Below the pieces are notes generated by a model. The model was not told the origin of the DNA. It saw only the letters and a list, made by a program, of their open reading frames with translations, and did no database searches. A stretch of DNA of 64,000 bases from an uncultured Erythrobacter sp. (GTDB lineage Bacteria > Pseudomonadota > Alphaproteobacteria > Sphingomonadales > Sphingomonadaceae), in NCBI GenBank assembly GCA_963529855.1, contig CAURZK010000005.1, positions 28,759 through 92,758 on the forward strand, written 5' to 3'. This document shows, piece after piece, positions 9,779 through 18,768 of the stretch (its first letter is position 1; each line of letters starts with the position of its first letter). Position numbers and translations under genes: made by a program.

Positions 9779-10056
9779 GGCCGCATCCACGCCGGATAGC
9801 GGAGGTGGCGGCGGGCCACGTCCACGAATTGCGGGTCGCGGCGGGCGGCCCAGACGGACAGCCCGTGGCCGATGGCCCAGATGGCGAGGCCGGCGATCCA
9901 GAGGCGCAGGCCGAGGCCGATCGCGCCTGCCAGCGTGCCGTTGACGATGGCGAGCGCGCGCGGGGCGCCGCCGAGCAGGATCGGCTCGGTCAGCGCCCGA
10001 TGGACCGGAGCATAGAAGCCGGCGATCGGCTCGACGGGATCGGCCGCGCCCGTCAT
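9775..10056 (-). CDS. trbD: Conjugal transfer protein TrbD (VirB3-like)
   Basis: 93 aa with FYAPVHRALTEPILLGGAPR plus two hydrophobic helices. ATGA overlaps on both sides. Confidence 0.85.
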   Translation of the reverse strand: MTGAADPVEPIAGFYAPVHRALTEPILLGGAPRALAIVNGTLAGAIGLGLRLWIAGLAIWAIGHGLSVWAARRDPQFVDVARRHLRYPAWMRP

Positions 10057-10388
10057 GCGATCAGCGCCCCGCCGCCGAACGAGAAGAACGACAGGAAGAA
10101 GCTCGACGCAGCGAAGGCGATGGACAGGCCGAACACGATCTGGATGAGGCGGCGAAAGCCTCCCGACGTGTCGCCGAAGGCGAGCGTGAGGCCGGTGATA
10201 ATGATGATGATGACGGCGATGATTTTCGCCACCGGCCCCTCGATGCTTTCGAGGATGCTTTGCAGCGGGGCTTCCCACGGCATAGACGAGCCGCCAGCGT
10301 GGGCCGGAACGGCGAAGGTCAGCGCGATCACGCTGGCGGTGGCGGTGAGCATGGCGCGACGCGCGCCATGCCGAAGGGCATGGATCAT
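10053..10388 (-). CDS. trbC: TrbC pilin precursor (VirB2 family)
   Basis: 111 aa with a signal peptide ..ALTFAVPAHAGG and two hydrophobic helices. Corresponds to the last 111 codons of a 393-aa track ORF. ATGA overlap with the trbB stop. Confidence 0.85.
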   Translation of the reverse strand: MIHALRHGARRAMLTATASVIALTFAVPAHAGGSSMPWEAPLQSILESIEGPVAKIIAVIIIIITGLTLAFGDTSGGFRRLIQIVFGLSIAFAASSFFLSFFSFGGGALIA

Positions 10389-11371
10389 GGCAGGTCTCCG
10401 GGGTGGGGGGTGGTGAGCGGTGCGAGGCGGTAGTCGCCGGTCGCGGGGTCGAGCCCGTCGACGCGGGCCAGCTCGGTCAGCCGGCGCCCGTGCCCGTCGC
10501 GGACCAGCACGGCGATCAGGTCGATGGTCTCGGCCAGCAGCGCGCGCGGGACCGTGACGACAGCCTCCTGGATGAGCTGCTCCATGCGGCGCAGCGCGCC
10601 GAGCGCGGTCCCGGCGTGAATGGTGCCGATGCCGCCGGGGTGGCCGGTGCCCCAGGCTTTGAGAAGGTCGAGCGCCTCGGCGCCGCGCACCTCGCCGATG
10701 GGAATGCGGTCGGGGCGGAGCCGCAGCGAGGATCGGACGAGATCGGACAGCGAGACGACGCCATCCTTGGTCCGCATGGCGACGAGGTTGGGCGCGGCGC
10801 ATTGCAGCTCGCGCGTGTCTTCGATCAGGACGATGCGGTCGGAGGTCTTCGCCACCTCGGCGAGCAGCGCGTTGACCAGCGTGGTCTTGCCGCTGCCGGT
10901 CCCGCCCGCGACGAGGATGTTGGCGCGTGTCTGCACGCCATCGCGCAGCGCCGCCGCCTCGGCCGCCGACATGATCCCGGCGGCCGCATAGTCGTCGAGC
11001 GTGAACACCGCGACGGCGGGCTTGCGGATTGCGAAGGCCGGCGCGGCGACGACGGGCGGCAGCAGCCCCTCGAACCGCTCGCCCCCTTCCGGCAGCTCGG
11101 CCGAGACGCGCGGGGATCGGGCGTGAACCTCGACGCCGACATGGTGCGCGACCAGGCGGACGATGCGCTCGCCGTCCGCGGCGGCCAGCGTCATGCCGGT
11201 ATCGCTGATGCCTTCGCCGAGCCGATCGACCCACAGCCGGCCGTCCGGGTTCAGCATCACCTCGATGACGGCGGCATCGTCGAGCCAGGCCGCGATCGAC
11301 GGACCCAGCGCCGTGCGCAGCATCCGCGCACCGCGTGACTTCGCATCGGAACGGATCGGGTGGACGGTCAA
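10385..11371 (-). CDS. trbB: Conjugal transfer ATPase TrbB (VirB11/PilT class)
   Basis: Walker [30 protein letters not shown]. Confidence 0.95.
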   Translation of the reverse strand: MTVHPIRSDAKSRGARMLRTALGPSIAAWLDDAAVIEVMLNPDGRLWVDRLGEGISDTGMTLAAADGERIVRLVAHHVGVEVHARSPRVSAELPEGGERFEGLLPPVVAAPAFAIRKPAVAVFTLDDYAAAGIMSAAEAAALRDGVQTRANILVAGGTGSGKTTLVNALLAEVAKTSDRIVLIEDTRELQCAAPNLVAMRTKDGVVSLSDLVRSSLRLRPDRIPIGEVRGAEALDLLKAWGTGHPGGIGTIHAGTALGALRRMEQLIQEAVVTVPRALLAETIDLIAVLVRDGHGRRLTELARVDGLDPATGDYRLAPLTTPHPGDLP

Positions 11372-11479
11372 GAAAAAAGCCCCTGATGAGGGCCGGGCGA
11401 ACCGCCGCCCGGCGTCAGGGGCACATCAAGAGAGACAGAAAAGACCGTGCTTCAACAACTAAATGCGGGCGTCGTAGTC

Positions 11480-11507
11480 TGGCGTAGAGATACAAGAACT
11501 GGCGTAG
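11480..11507 (-). promoter_or_regulatory. Paired 8-mer TGGCGTAG x2 at 20-bp spacing upstream of trbB (candidate operator)
   Basis: TGGCGTAG at 11480-11487 and 11500-11507 in the low-GC intergenic region between the RHH gene and trbB. The same architecture occurs at 14021-14048. Confidence 0.4.
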
Positions 11508-11512
11508 TCAGT

Positions 11513-11932
11513 TCATTCTTCTTGAGGCGGAAAGTCCTCGCCGATTTCTTGTCTGACCTTCGGACCTTTCGCGAGTCGGCGGCCCAGCGCATCCATGAAT
11601 GCGTCGTAGCGGTCGCCGCCCTGGCGACGCATCGCGGCTCGCTCGCTCTCGGGCGGCGGCGGGGTATTCGACAGCCAGAAGCGCACGAACAGCGCGATCA
11701 TCTCGACACCGATCCCCGTGTCGCGCTCCAGCCGGGTGATGCGCCGATCCAGCTTGTCGAGCCGCTTGGCGATGGCGGCCTCGCGCTGCTCATCGGCATC
11801 GGGCGACAGGAAGGAGGCGATGGCCGCCTCGGCGATCAGCGAGCGAGACTTGTCCCTCCGGTCAGCATAGGCGGCGAGCGCCCGCATCAGCTCGGGGTCG
11901 AGATAGACCGACAGCGGCGTCTTGGTGCTCAT
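11513..11932 (-). CDS. Ribbon-helix-helix (CopG-like) regulator
   Basis: N-terminal beta-strand/helix pattern TPLSVYLDPELMRALAAYADRRDKSRSLIAEAAIASFL. Sits between traG and trbB with a 4-nt overlap with the traG stop. Confidence 0.65.
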   Translation of the reverse strand: MSTKTPLSVYLDPELMRALAAYADRRDKSRSLIAEAAIASFLSPDADEQREAAIAKRLDKLDRRITRLERDTGIGVEMIALFVRFWLSNTPPPPESERAAMRRQGGDRYDAFMDALGRRLAKGPKVRQEIGEDFPPQEE

Positions 11933-13959
11933 AGCTCGATGCCATCATCGGGATCGAGCGACGCCTGCCGGGCCACGCGCTGCATCTGGCGGCGCACTGT
12001 CGCCTGCCGCGCCGCGTCGCTATCGGGGTCGGGCTCGTCCAGCTCGAACTCGTTGGCGGGCGCGGGTCTGGACGGGGGCGCAATGTCGATATGGCGCTCC
12101 AGCGCCGGCTCGCGGCGCAGGTCTGCATTGGCGGCATCGTCCTCAGCATCCCCCTTCCTGGCGGCCTTTTTCTTCTTCGGCTTCTTGGGGGATTCATGCT
12201 CGATCGGTTCGGGCATCGGTGGCGCCTCGATCGGCGGCAGGCCGCTCCAGTCGTCGGGGCGCGGCGGGCCGCCTCCGACGTTGCTGTCGGGCGGCGACAT
12301 CACCCGCTGCGTGAACCTCCGGTCCTTGAAGTAGCGGACCTTCTTCGCTCGGATCGGCGGGATGCCCGCGACCATGACGATCTCGTCGTCGGGCGGGAGC
12401 TGCATGATTTCGCCGGGCGTGAGGAGCTGGCGGGCCGTTTCGGAACGCGACACCATCAAATGCCCGAGCCAGGGACTGAGCCTGTGGCCGGCGTAGTTCT
12501 TCATCGCCCGCATCTCGGTCGCGGTGCCGAGCGCGTCAGAGATGCGTTTGGCCGTGCGCTCGTCGTTGGTGGCGAACGACACGCGCACATGGCAGTTGTC
12601 GAGGATCGCGTTGTTCGGCCCGTAAGCCTTCTCGATCTGATTGAGGCTCTGCGCGATCAGGAAGCTCTGGATGCCGTAGCCGGCCATGAACGCCAGCGCG
12701 CTCTCGAAGAAGTCGAGCCGCCCCAGCGCGGGAAACTCGTCGAGCATCAAGAGCAGCCGGTGGCGCGACTGCCGCGCCTTCAAGTCTTCGGTCAGCCGGC
12801 GCCCGATCTGGTTGAGGATGAGGCGGATGAGGGGCTTGGTGCGCGAGATGTCGCTGGGCGGCACGACGAGGTAGAGCGTCACCGGCAGCTCGCCCTCGAC
12901 CAAATCCTTGATGCGCCACTCGCAGGTGCGCGTGACCTGCGCCACGACGGGATCGCGATAGAGCCCAAGGAACGACATCGCGGTCGAGAGCACGCCCGAT
13001 CGCTCGTTGGCCGATTTGTTGAGCAGCTCGCGCGCGGCCGAGGCGACGACGGGATGGACGCCCGCTTCGCCCAGATGCGGCGTCGTCATCATCGCCCAAA
13101 GCGTGCTCTCGATCGGGCGGCGGGGGTCGGACAGGAAGGCGGCGACGCCAGCCAGCGTCTTGTCGGCCTCGGCGTAGAGCACATGGAGGATCGTGCCGAC
13201 TAGCAAGGCATGGGAGGTCTTTTCCCAATGGTTGCGCTTCTCCAGCGAACCCTCCGGGTCCACCAGCACGTCGGCGACGTTCTGCACGTCGCGCACTTCC
13301 CAGGCGCCCTTGCGGATTTCGAGCAGCGGGTTGTAAGCGGCCGACGCGCCGTTGGTCGGATCGAACAGCAGCACCCGCGCGTGCTGGGCGCGAAAGCCGG
13401 CGGTGAGCTGCCAGTTCTCGCCTTTGATGTCATGCACGATCGCCGAGCCCGGCCAGGTGAGCAGCGTCGGCACCACGAGGCCGACCCCTTTGCCGCTCCG
13501 CGTCGGCGCGAAGCACAACACATGCTCGGGACCGTCGTGGCGCAGATAGTCGCGCCCAAGCCGACCGAGCATGACGCCGCTGTCGCCCAGCAGCCCGGCG
13601 GCGGCGATCTCCCTGCGCGTCGCCCAGCGGGCCGAGCCATAGGTCTCGGCGTTCTTCAACTCGCGCGCTCGCCAGACCGACATGCCGATGGCGACGACGA
13701 TCGCGGCGAACCCGCCCGACACGGCGATGAACGCGCCGGTCTGGAATATCTCCGGCGCATAGGCGTCGAAGGAGAACCACCACCAGAAGAAGGCCGGCGG
13801 CGGATAGATCGGCCAGTCGCCGAGCATGAACCACGGCGACCCAAGCTCGGGCTGATAGGCGAGCGCCGCGGCCGTCCATTGCGTCGCGGTCCACAGGGCG
13901 GCGAGCACGATCAGGAAGACCGCGAAGACCTGGCCCCAAAGGATTTTGGTTGCCGACAT
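11929..13959 (-). CDS. traG: Type IV coupling protein TraG/VirD4
   Basis: Two N-terminal TMs, P-loop-like PTRSGKGVGLVVPTLL, and Walker B-like LLMLDEFPALGRL. Start taken at ATG 13959. Confidence 0.95.
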   Translation of the reverse strand: MSATKILWGQVFAVFLIVLAALWTATQWTAAALAYQPELGSPWFMLGDWPIYPPPAFFWWWFSFDAYAPEIFQTGAFIAVSGGFAAIVVAIGMSVWRARELKNAETYGSARWATRREIAAAGLLGDSGVMLGRLGRDYLRHDGPEHVLCFAPTRSGKGVGLVVPTLLTWPGSAIVHDIKGENWQLTAGFRAQHARVLLFDPTNGASAAYNPLLEIRKGAWEVRDVQNVADVLVDPEGSLEKRNHWEKTSHALLVGTILHVLYAEADKTLAGVAAFLSDPRRPIESTLWAMMTTPHLGEAGVHPVVASAARELLNKSANERSGVLSTAMSFLGLYRDPVVAQVTRTCEWRIKDLVEGELPVTLYLVVPPSDISRTKPLIRLILNQIGRRLTEDLKARQSRHRLLLMLDEFPALGRLDFFESALAFMAGYGIQSFLIAQSLNQIEKAYGPNNAILDNCHVRVSFATNDERTAKRISDALGTATEMRAMKNYAGHRLSPWLGHLMVSRSETARQLLTPGEIMQLPPDDEIVMVAGIPPIRAKKVRYFKDRRFTQRVMSPPDSNVGGGPPRPDDWSGLPPIEAPPMPEPIEHESPKKPKKKKAARKGDAEDDAANADLRREPALERHIDIAPPSRPAPANEFELDEPDPDSDAARQATVRRQMQRVARQASLDPDDGIEL

Positions 13960-14020
13960 GGCACCGAAGTCGATGCGTGCCGGACACCAAATCAAGTCAC
14001 TGTTATTATGGAGGAAAGTC

Positions 14021-14048
14021 TAGCGTAGAAAGACAGGGAGTAGCGTAG
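14021..14048 (-). promoter_or_regulatory. Paired 8-mer TAGCGTAG x2 at 20-bp spacing upstream of traG (candidate operator)
   Basis: TAGCGTAG at 14021-14028 and 14041-14048 in the AT-richer relaxase-traG intergenic region. Confidence 0.4.
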
Positions 14049-14194
14049 TTCGGCCTATTCGATTTCCGAGCGTGATCAGCGTTATTGGACGAATATTCAC
14101 GCGATAGCCGGACCACGGCCCGGCTCTCTGCGCGCTCGGGGTCAATGACGGTGCGCCGCGCCATCGGGATTGACGTTGCGCGTGATGATCTGGC

Positions 14195-15925
14195 CTACAG
14201 GCCCAGCCCCCGGCCGCGCCCGAACGACCAATCGACGCCGCCGCCCGCGCGCATGACGCCGGATATGTGCTTGCCGATCTGGCGGTCGAGCGACGGAGAC
14301 CAGGGCACGAGTTGGAAGCTCAGCCCGTTGTCGATCATCGCGAAGCGGCCCGAGGCGAGCGTTATGCGCTGGCGCACGGTGCCCGCGACATACTCCCCGG
14401 CCTTGGACGGCGCGTGCGGCAGGCCGACCTCGGCCGACAGTTCCTTGGCGGCTTCGTCCAGCTCGCGGCGGCGGAGCGTGTCGAGCAGGTTGCGCGCGAA
14501 GATGATGCGCTGGCCCTGCCGCCGCGCCAGCCCTTCGTCGGCGAGATGCTCGGCGCGCGCTTCCATCGCGGCGCGCACCTCGCTCCCGAAGCCGCCGCCG
14601 AGATCGTGGCCGTCGCTCGACAGGTTGCGCCGGTCGAGCCAGGTTGCTCCCGGCGCGCGGACCTGCGCCTCGATGTCCATGTCGGAGCGCACGGCCAGCG
14701 CCACCCGCTGCCGGCCTTTCCGGTCCTCGAAGCGGCGCAGCTCGACGATCGCGCCGGGTCGGCAATCGCCGGTCGCCTCGATGTCGGGAAGCTGGACATG
14801 GTGGGTGCGGCCGTCGATGCCGTCCACGATCGCATAGGCTTTGCCGGTCAGCTCGTCATGCAGGCCGCGATCGACCAGCCTGCCGACAACGGGCTGAGCC
14901 GGATCGGCGTCGAGGACGTAGCTGCCGGCGCCCCGGTCGATGCCGCGGTCGCTCATCGCCTTGTGCATCCGCTTGATGATGTCGTCGCGCTCGCCCAGCT
15001 CGCGCAGCGCCGCCTGGGCGTCGCCCGCCAGCGTCCACTGGCCGGGCGCGATCTCGCTGGCGAGGCCGAGCCCCTCCAGCTTGCGCAGCCGGCCCATCCT
15101 CAGCACATGGTCGCCGTCGGGCCGGACGCCGGGCTCGGGCGCCATGTCGATCACGCCGTCGCGCTGCATGGTCCGCGACAGGTCGCGGTCGATCTCGGTC
15201 CAGCGTTCGGCTTCGACCTGCCGCTCCAGCGACTGCCGGATTTCGAGGTCGGTGCGCGGGCCGAGTTCCTGGGTCACGATCTCGCGCGCCTGCGCCCGCA
15301 TCCCCTCGCGGATATAGTCGCGCGAGATGACGAGGTTCTGCCCATCCTCGGCGACGCCGCGCACGATGATGTGGACGTGCGGGTTGTCGGTGTTCCAATG
15401 CTCGACCGCGCGCCAGTCCAGGCGCGTGCCGAGATCCTTTTCCATCCGCGTCATCAGCTCGCGGGTGAAGCCCTTGAGGTCGCGCATCTGCTCGGCGTCC
15501 TCTGGCGAGACGATGAAGCGGAAATGGTGGCGGTCGTCCTCGCAGCGCGCCGCAAACTCGTTGCGGTCGAGACCCTCGGCCTCAGCGCCGAACAGCACGC
15601 CCTTCTCGCCGTCGCGGGTAACGCCATCGCGTTGCAGGTAATTGAGATGGGCGGCGAGCGAGGCGCGGCCGCCATGCCGGACCACGCGCGCCTTGACGAC
15701 GACCTGCCGCGATCGGTGGCCGAGGCGGTGGGTCGCGCGCACGCTCGCGACGCGGCCCCGGCCGAAGGTCGAGCGGCCCGGCGCGACGATGCGCCCACGG
15801 CGCGAGACATGACCGCCAGCACGCTGGGCGGCGGCGAGCGCCTGAACGATGATCGGCAGCGCCCGCTGGCTTCCCCGCGAGCGGATGCGACCAGGGCGGA
15901 CGCGGAAATCGTCGTCGCCGCTCAT
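14195..15925 (-). CDS. Conjugative relaxase / mobilisation nuclease with large C-terminal domain
   Basis: N-terminus MSGDDDFRVRPGRIRSRG, His motif NPHVHIIVRG, 576 aa. Start moved to ATG 15925. Confidence 0.8.
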   Translation of the reverse strand: MSGDDDFRVRPGRIRSRGSQRALPIIVQALAAAQRAGGHVSRRGRIVAPGRSTFGRGRVASVRATHRLGHRSRQVVVKARVVRHGGRASLAAHLNYLQRDGVTRDGEKGVLFGAEAEGLDRNEFAARCEDDRHHFRFIVSPEDAEQMRDLKGFTRELMTRMEKDLGTRLDWRAVEHWNTDNPHVHIIVRGVAEDGQNLVISRDYIREGMRAQAREIVTQELGPRTDLEIRQSLERQVEAERWTEIDRDLSRTMQRDGVIDMAPEPGVRPDGDHVLRMGRLRKLEGLGLASEIAPGQWTLAGDAQAALRELGERDDIIKRMHKAMSDRGIDRGAGSYVLDADPAQPVVGRLVDRGLHDELTGKAYAIVDGIDGRTHHVQLPDIEATGDCRPGAIVELRRFEDRKGRQRVALAVRSDMDIEAQVRAPGATWLDRRNLSSDGHDLGGGFGSEVRAAMEARAEHLADEGLARRQGQRIIFARNLLDTLRRRELDEAAKELSAEVGLPHAPSKAGEYVAGTVRQRITLASGRFAMIDNGLSFQLVPWSPSLDRQIGKHISGVMRAGGGVDWSFGRGRGLGL

Positions 15926-15935
15926 GGCGCGACAG

Positions 15936-16150
15936 GCCGCAATGTGCGGCAAACCCTGATGGCGACGGGCTTTGGCCCTGCGCCGCACAGTGCGGGATTT
16001 CCGCACACATTGCGCAGCAATGCCCGAAAGCCTTGAGAATCAAGGCCACAACCGAGGCGCAAGGGCTCCGCACATTGCCGCCCTTTATCTTGCCCTCGAC
16101 CTTCCCCCTTCAGAAAAACAGCCCTGCTTCCTTCCGGCGCTGCGAAAGCC
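15936..16150 (-). other. Inverted-repeat cluster upstream of the relaxase gene (candidate oriT / regulatory region)
   Basis: Hairpins at 15936-15950, 15983-15995, 16030-16046 and 16122-16150. The motif CCGCACA(n)TTGC occurs at 16001-16013 and 16068-16078, and inverted at 15939-15949. Confidence 0.3.
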
Positions 16151-16184
16151 TGCGCCGGAATCCGCCAGGGCGCGCGAGAGCCGC

Positions 16185-17087
16185 TCATGGCGGAGGCTGC
16201 CCGGAAAGCGGGACGAACAGGCCATTGGAAGGCGGGCGCGCGTCGGCAACCACAAGCCCGGCACGATCACCGGACGGCCGCTCCGGCTGCGCGTCGAATA
16301 CCGTGTGGCCGGTGGACGGTTGCGCAGTCGAAAGCGCCCCCGGCCGCACCGCGAACAGCCCAGCGCGCCGCCATGCGAACGGATCGGACGGCGGCGCGGC
16401 GGCAAGCTGGGCGTCGTCCGAGCCGCCCGTGATCGACGCCAGCTTTGCGAGATAGGCGCGCGTCTCGGCGGGCAGCGGACGGCCACGCGACAGATATTCG
16501 TCGTAGCGGCCCGGCCCCGCATTGTAGGCCGCCAGCATCGCCGTCACGTTGCCGTAGCGGTCGTGCATCGTGCGCAGATAGGCCGCGCCCGCGATGATGT
16601 TGTCGCGCGGGTCGAACGGGTCGGACCCGAGCCGATGGCGTGCGCTCAGCCCCGCCCAGGTGCCGGGCATGATCTGCATCAGGCCCATCGCTCCGGCCGT
16701 CGAGACCGCGCAGACATCGCCGTTGCTCTCGACGCGCATGACGGCCCATATCCAGCGTTCGGGGATGCCGAAGCGCCGGGCCGCATCGGCGACATGGGCG
16801 GCATAGGGATGGCGCGGGGCCGATCGCTCGGCGGGCGCGTCCTGCGCCAGCGCGGCGACGGGCGCAGCGCCCGGCGCGAGCAGCAGCAGGACCGCGAGCA
16901 TGGCGGCCGACCCGCCCCCGCTCCGCCGCCAGCCTGCCAGCGTGCTCGCTCCGGTAAAGGGTGCGCGCGATGCGCCGGCCGGGGGCCGCCCTTGACCTTC
17001 GCTGCGCGCGCCGGCCGGCCTGCGACCGAGCGGGACGGAGAGATGAGACGGCCTTTCCTCAAACAGAGGGATGATCGGGGAAGGCAC
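16185..17087 (-). CDS. Lytic transglycosylase (SLT domain)
   Basis: RWIWAVMRVESNGDVCAVSTAGAMGLMQIMPGTW (catalytic E-S and GLMQ motifs). A more likely start is ATG 16901, which gives the signal peptide MLAVLLLLAPGAAPVAALA. Confidence 0.85.
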   Translation of the reverse strand: MPSPIIPLFEERPSHLSVPLGRRPAGARSEGQGRPPAGASRAPFTGASTLAGWRRSGGGSAAMLAVLLLLAPGAAPVAALAQDAPAERSAPRHPYAAHVADAARRFGIPERWIWAVMRVESNGDVCAVSTAGAMGLMQIMPGTWAGLSARHRLGSDPFDPRDNIIAGAAYLRTMHDRYGNVTAMLAAYNAGPGRYDEYLSRGRPLPAETRAYLAKLASITGGSDDAQLAAAPPSDPFAWRRAGLFAVRPGALSTAQPSTGHTVFDAQPERPSGDRAGLVVADARPPSNGLFVPLSGQPPP

Positions 17088-17090
17088 CGA

Positions 17091-17423
17091 TCAGCTCCGA
17101 TCGTCGCGCGGCTTGGGGCGCTTCCACGACAGCCGGAACGTCCGGCCATCATCATCGGCGCGGAACAAGACCGGCCGGAACGGCGATCCAAAGAGCGGGC
17201 TGTCGATCTCCAGCGCGATGTAGTCACCGGCGCGTTCGCCGACCCGTTTCCACGCGCCGCCGACTTCGGGGCCGTCCTCGTCGTCGAGGTGGACGCGGTA
17301 GTCGGGCGCGTTCTCGGCATCGCTCGGATCGAGCGCGACAAGCACGATCGCCTCGTTGATGCCGAAGTAGCGAGCACGTCCGGCATAGCCATTGGCGGTG
17401 GATTCAAAGATGTTCACTTGCAT
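17091..17423 (-). CDS. DUF736-like protein (paralog 1)
   Basis: 110 aa, MQVNIFESTANGYAGRARYFG..APDYRVHL..VGGAWKR..GDYIALEIDSP. Same family pattern as 24970-25269. Confidence 0.65.
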   Translation of the reverse strand: MQVNIFESTANGYAGRARYFGINEAIVLVALDPSDAENAPDYRVHLDDEDGPEVGGAWKRVGERAGDYIALEIDSPLFGSPFRPVLFRADDDGRTFRLSWKRPKPRDDRS

Positions 17424-17982
17424 TGCCGATCTCCTTGGCTTCGGGGGTTGAAGGTGTTGGGGACGGCGCGCGTAGCCACAGCGGCGTTGCGCGTCCGATG
17501 ACGACGGAGGCCGGCAGCGGGCCGAAATAGCGGCCGTCCAGACTGTCGGGATGAGCGGGATTGAGCAGCAGCAGCTCGCCCCGTCGCAGCGTGCGGCACC
17601 CCTGCCAGACCGGCAGCGGACGGCCTTGGCCGTCACGCGCGCGGGCGATGGCGACGCGCCGGGCATCCACGCTCACCATGACGCCGGCACGGCAAACCCG
17701 CTGTCCGGCCTTCGCCGCCACATGCTTCAGCAGCGGCACGCCCTTGGGCAGATAGCCACGCGCCGAAAGCCAATGCGCCAGCCGTTCGGGCGGCGCGATG
17801 GCGACCAGCGCCCCGATGGCGGGATCGCTGTCGGGATGGATGCGGTAGAGCCCGATCGGCGCGCTCGCGCTGGCGTTCCAGATGGCGCGCGGGAGCGGAT
17901 CGGCGATGGCGATGGCGGTGAAGGCCGCGGCGAAGGCGGACGCGGCGATGGCCGTCGCCGTGACATAGCGGCGGCGTGTCAT
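17404..17982 (-). CDS. traF: Conjugative signal peptidase TraF (S26 family)
   Basis: N-terminal TM, IWNASASAPIGLYRI, GELLLLNPAHPDSLDGRYFGPLP. ATG 17982 overlaps the upstream gene's stop. Confidence 0.75.
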   Translation of the reverse strand: MTRRRYVTATAIAASAFAAAFTAIAIADPLPRAIWNASASAPIGLYRIHPDSDPAIGALVAIAPPERLAHWLSARGYLPKGVPLLKHVAAKAGQRVCRAGVMVSVDARRVAIARARDGQGRPLPVWQGCRTLRRGELLLLNPAHPDSLDGRYFGPLPASVVIGRATPLWLRAPSPTPSTPEAKEIGNASEHL

Positions 17983-18497
17983 CCCTCGATCTCGCGGCGC
18001 TTGAGCCAGGCGTGATGGCGCTCGATCGTGTAGAGGCGCGGCTGATGGCCGGCGGCGATGCGGTTGTGGACGTGCCGCCAATGGTCGGCCGCCGCGTCGC
18101 ATGGATCGACGCCGGCCGCCTCCACCGCGTCGATCGCGGCGAGCACCTGTTGGACCTTCGGCCAGCCTTCGATCTTGAGCAGGATGTCGCCACCCGGCCG
18201 CACGAACGGCAGCGTCGTGTAGGCTTCGTTGGCGGCGACCGCGCGCACCACGTCGATACGCGAAACGATCGTGCCGAAGTCGTTGGCCGCCCAGCGCACG
18301 AACGTGAAGACGGCGCCCGGACGGAAGCCCACGACGCGGGTGCGCCGCGTCAGGATGCGGTCCTGGGCGATCCGCCCGAAGCGTATCCAGTGCTCCAGCT
18401 TCTTCTCGATCCAGGTCAGCTCGACATGGGTGAGGCCGTCGCGGGCGAGCGCGCTGAACGCGCCGCCGCGCACGGCGGGGGGCCGGTCGTCGATCAT
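17979..18497 (-). CDS. DUF2840-like protein
   Basis: 172 aa, THVELTWIEKKLEHWIRFG... Position between repA and traF as recalled for this ICE family. Confidence 0.6.
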   Translation of the reverse strand: MIDDRPPAVRGGAFSALARDGLTHVELTWIEKKLEHWIRFGRIAQDRILTRRTRVVGFRPGAVFTFVRWAANDFGTIVSRIDVVRAVAANEAYTTLPFVRPGGDILLKIEGWPKVQQVLAAIDAVEAAGVDPCDAAADHWRHVHNRIAAGHQPRLYTIERHHAWLKRREIEG

Positions 18498-18700
18498 GGG
18501 AGGTCTCCGGGGATGGGGATCGCGATGGGCGCGGGGCGAGGCTGGCGGCTTGTCCGCCGACCGAGCGCCAAGCCTGCGAACGGGGCCGCGCTGTCCACAG
18601 CCGCGCGCGCCGTTAGCAAGAATCCGAAGGATTCTTTTCTATTAGCACTGTTAGAAGGGGGCCGATTCCGCGAGGATTTCTGCGGCTTTGCGAGGCGGGC

Positions 18701-18765
18701 GCGTTCCCGAAAGTCCGAGTCTTGCGTTCCCGATCGTCCGAATCCGAGCGTTCCCGATAGTCCGA
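18701..18765. repeat. Three direct 18-bp repeats GCGTTCCCGAWMGTCCGA (iteron-like)
   Basis: Copies at 18701-18718, 18724-18741 and 18748-18765, with a period of 23-24 bp. They lie immediately 3' of the repA stop at 18769. Confidence 0.6.
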
Positions 18766-18768
18766 ACC

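Noticed and set aside
2002-11371. Pervasive 4-nt ATGA/GTGA stop-start overlaps in the trb operon as something unusual
   Set aside because: This is normal translational coupling in trb/virB operons. It was used only to fix start codons.
14267-16036. 589-aa plus-strand ORF antisense to the relaxase gene
   Set aside because: Low-complexity Ala/Arg/Gly/Pro composition with no motifs. It fully overlaps a convincing minus-strand relaxase, so it is a GC-driven open frame.
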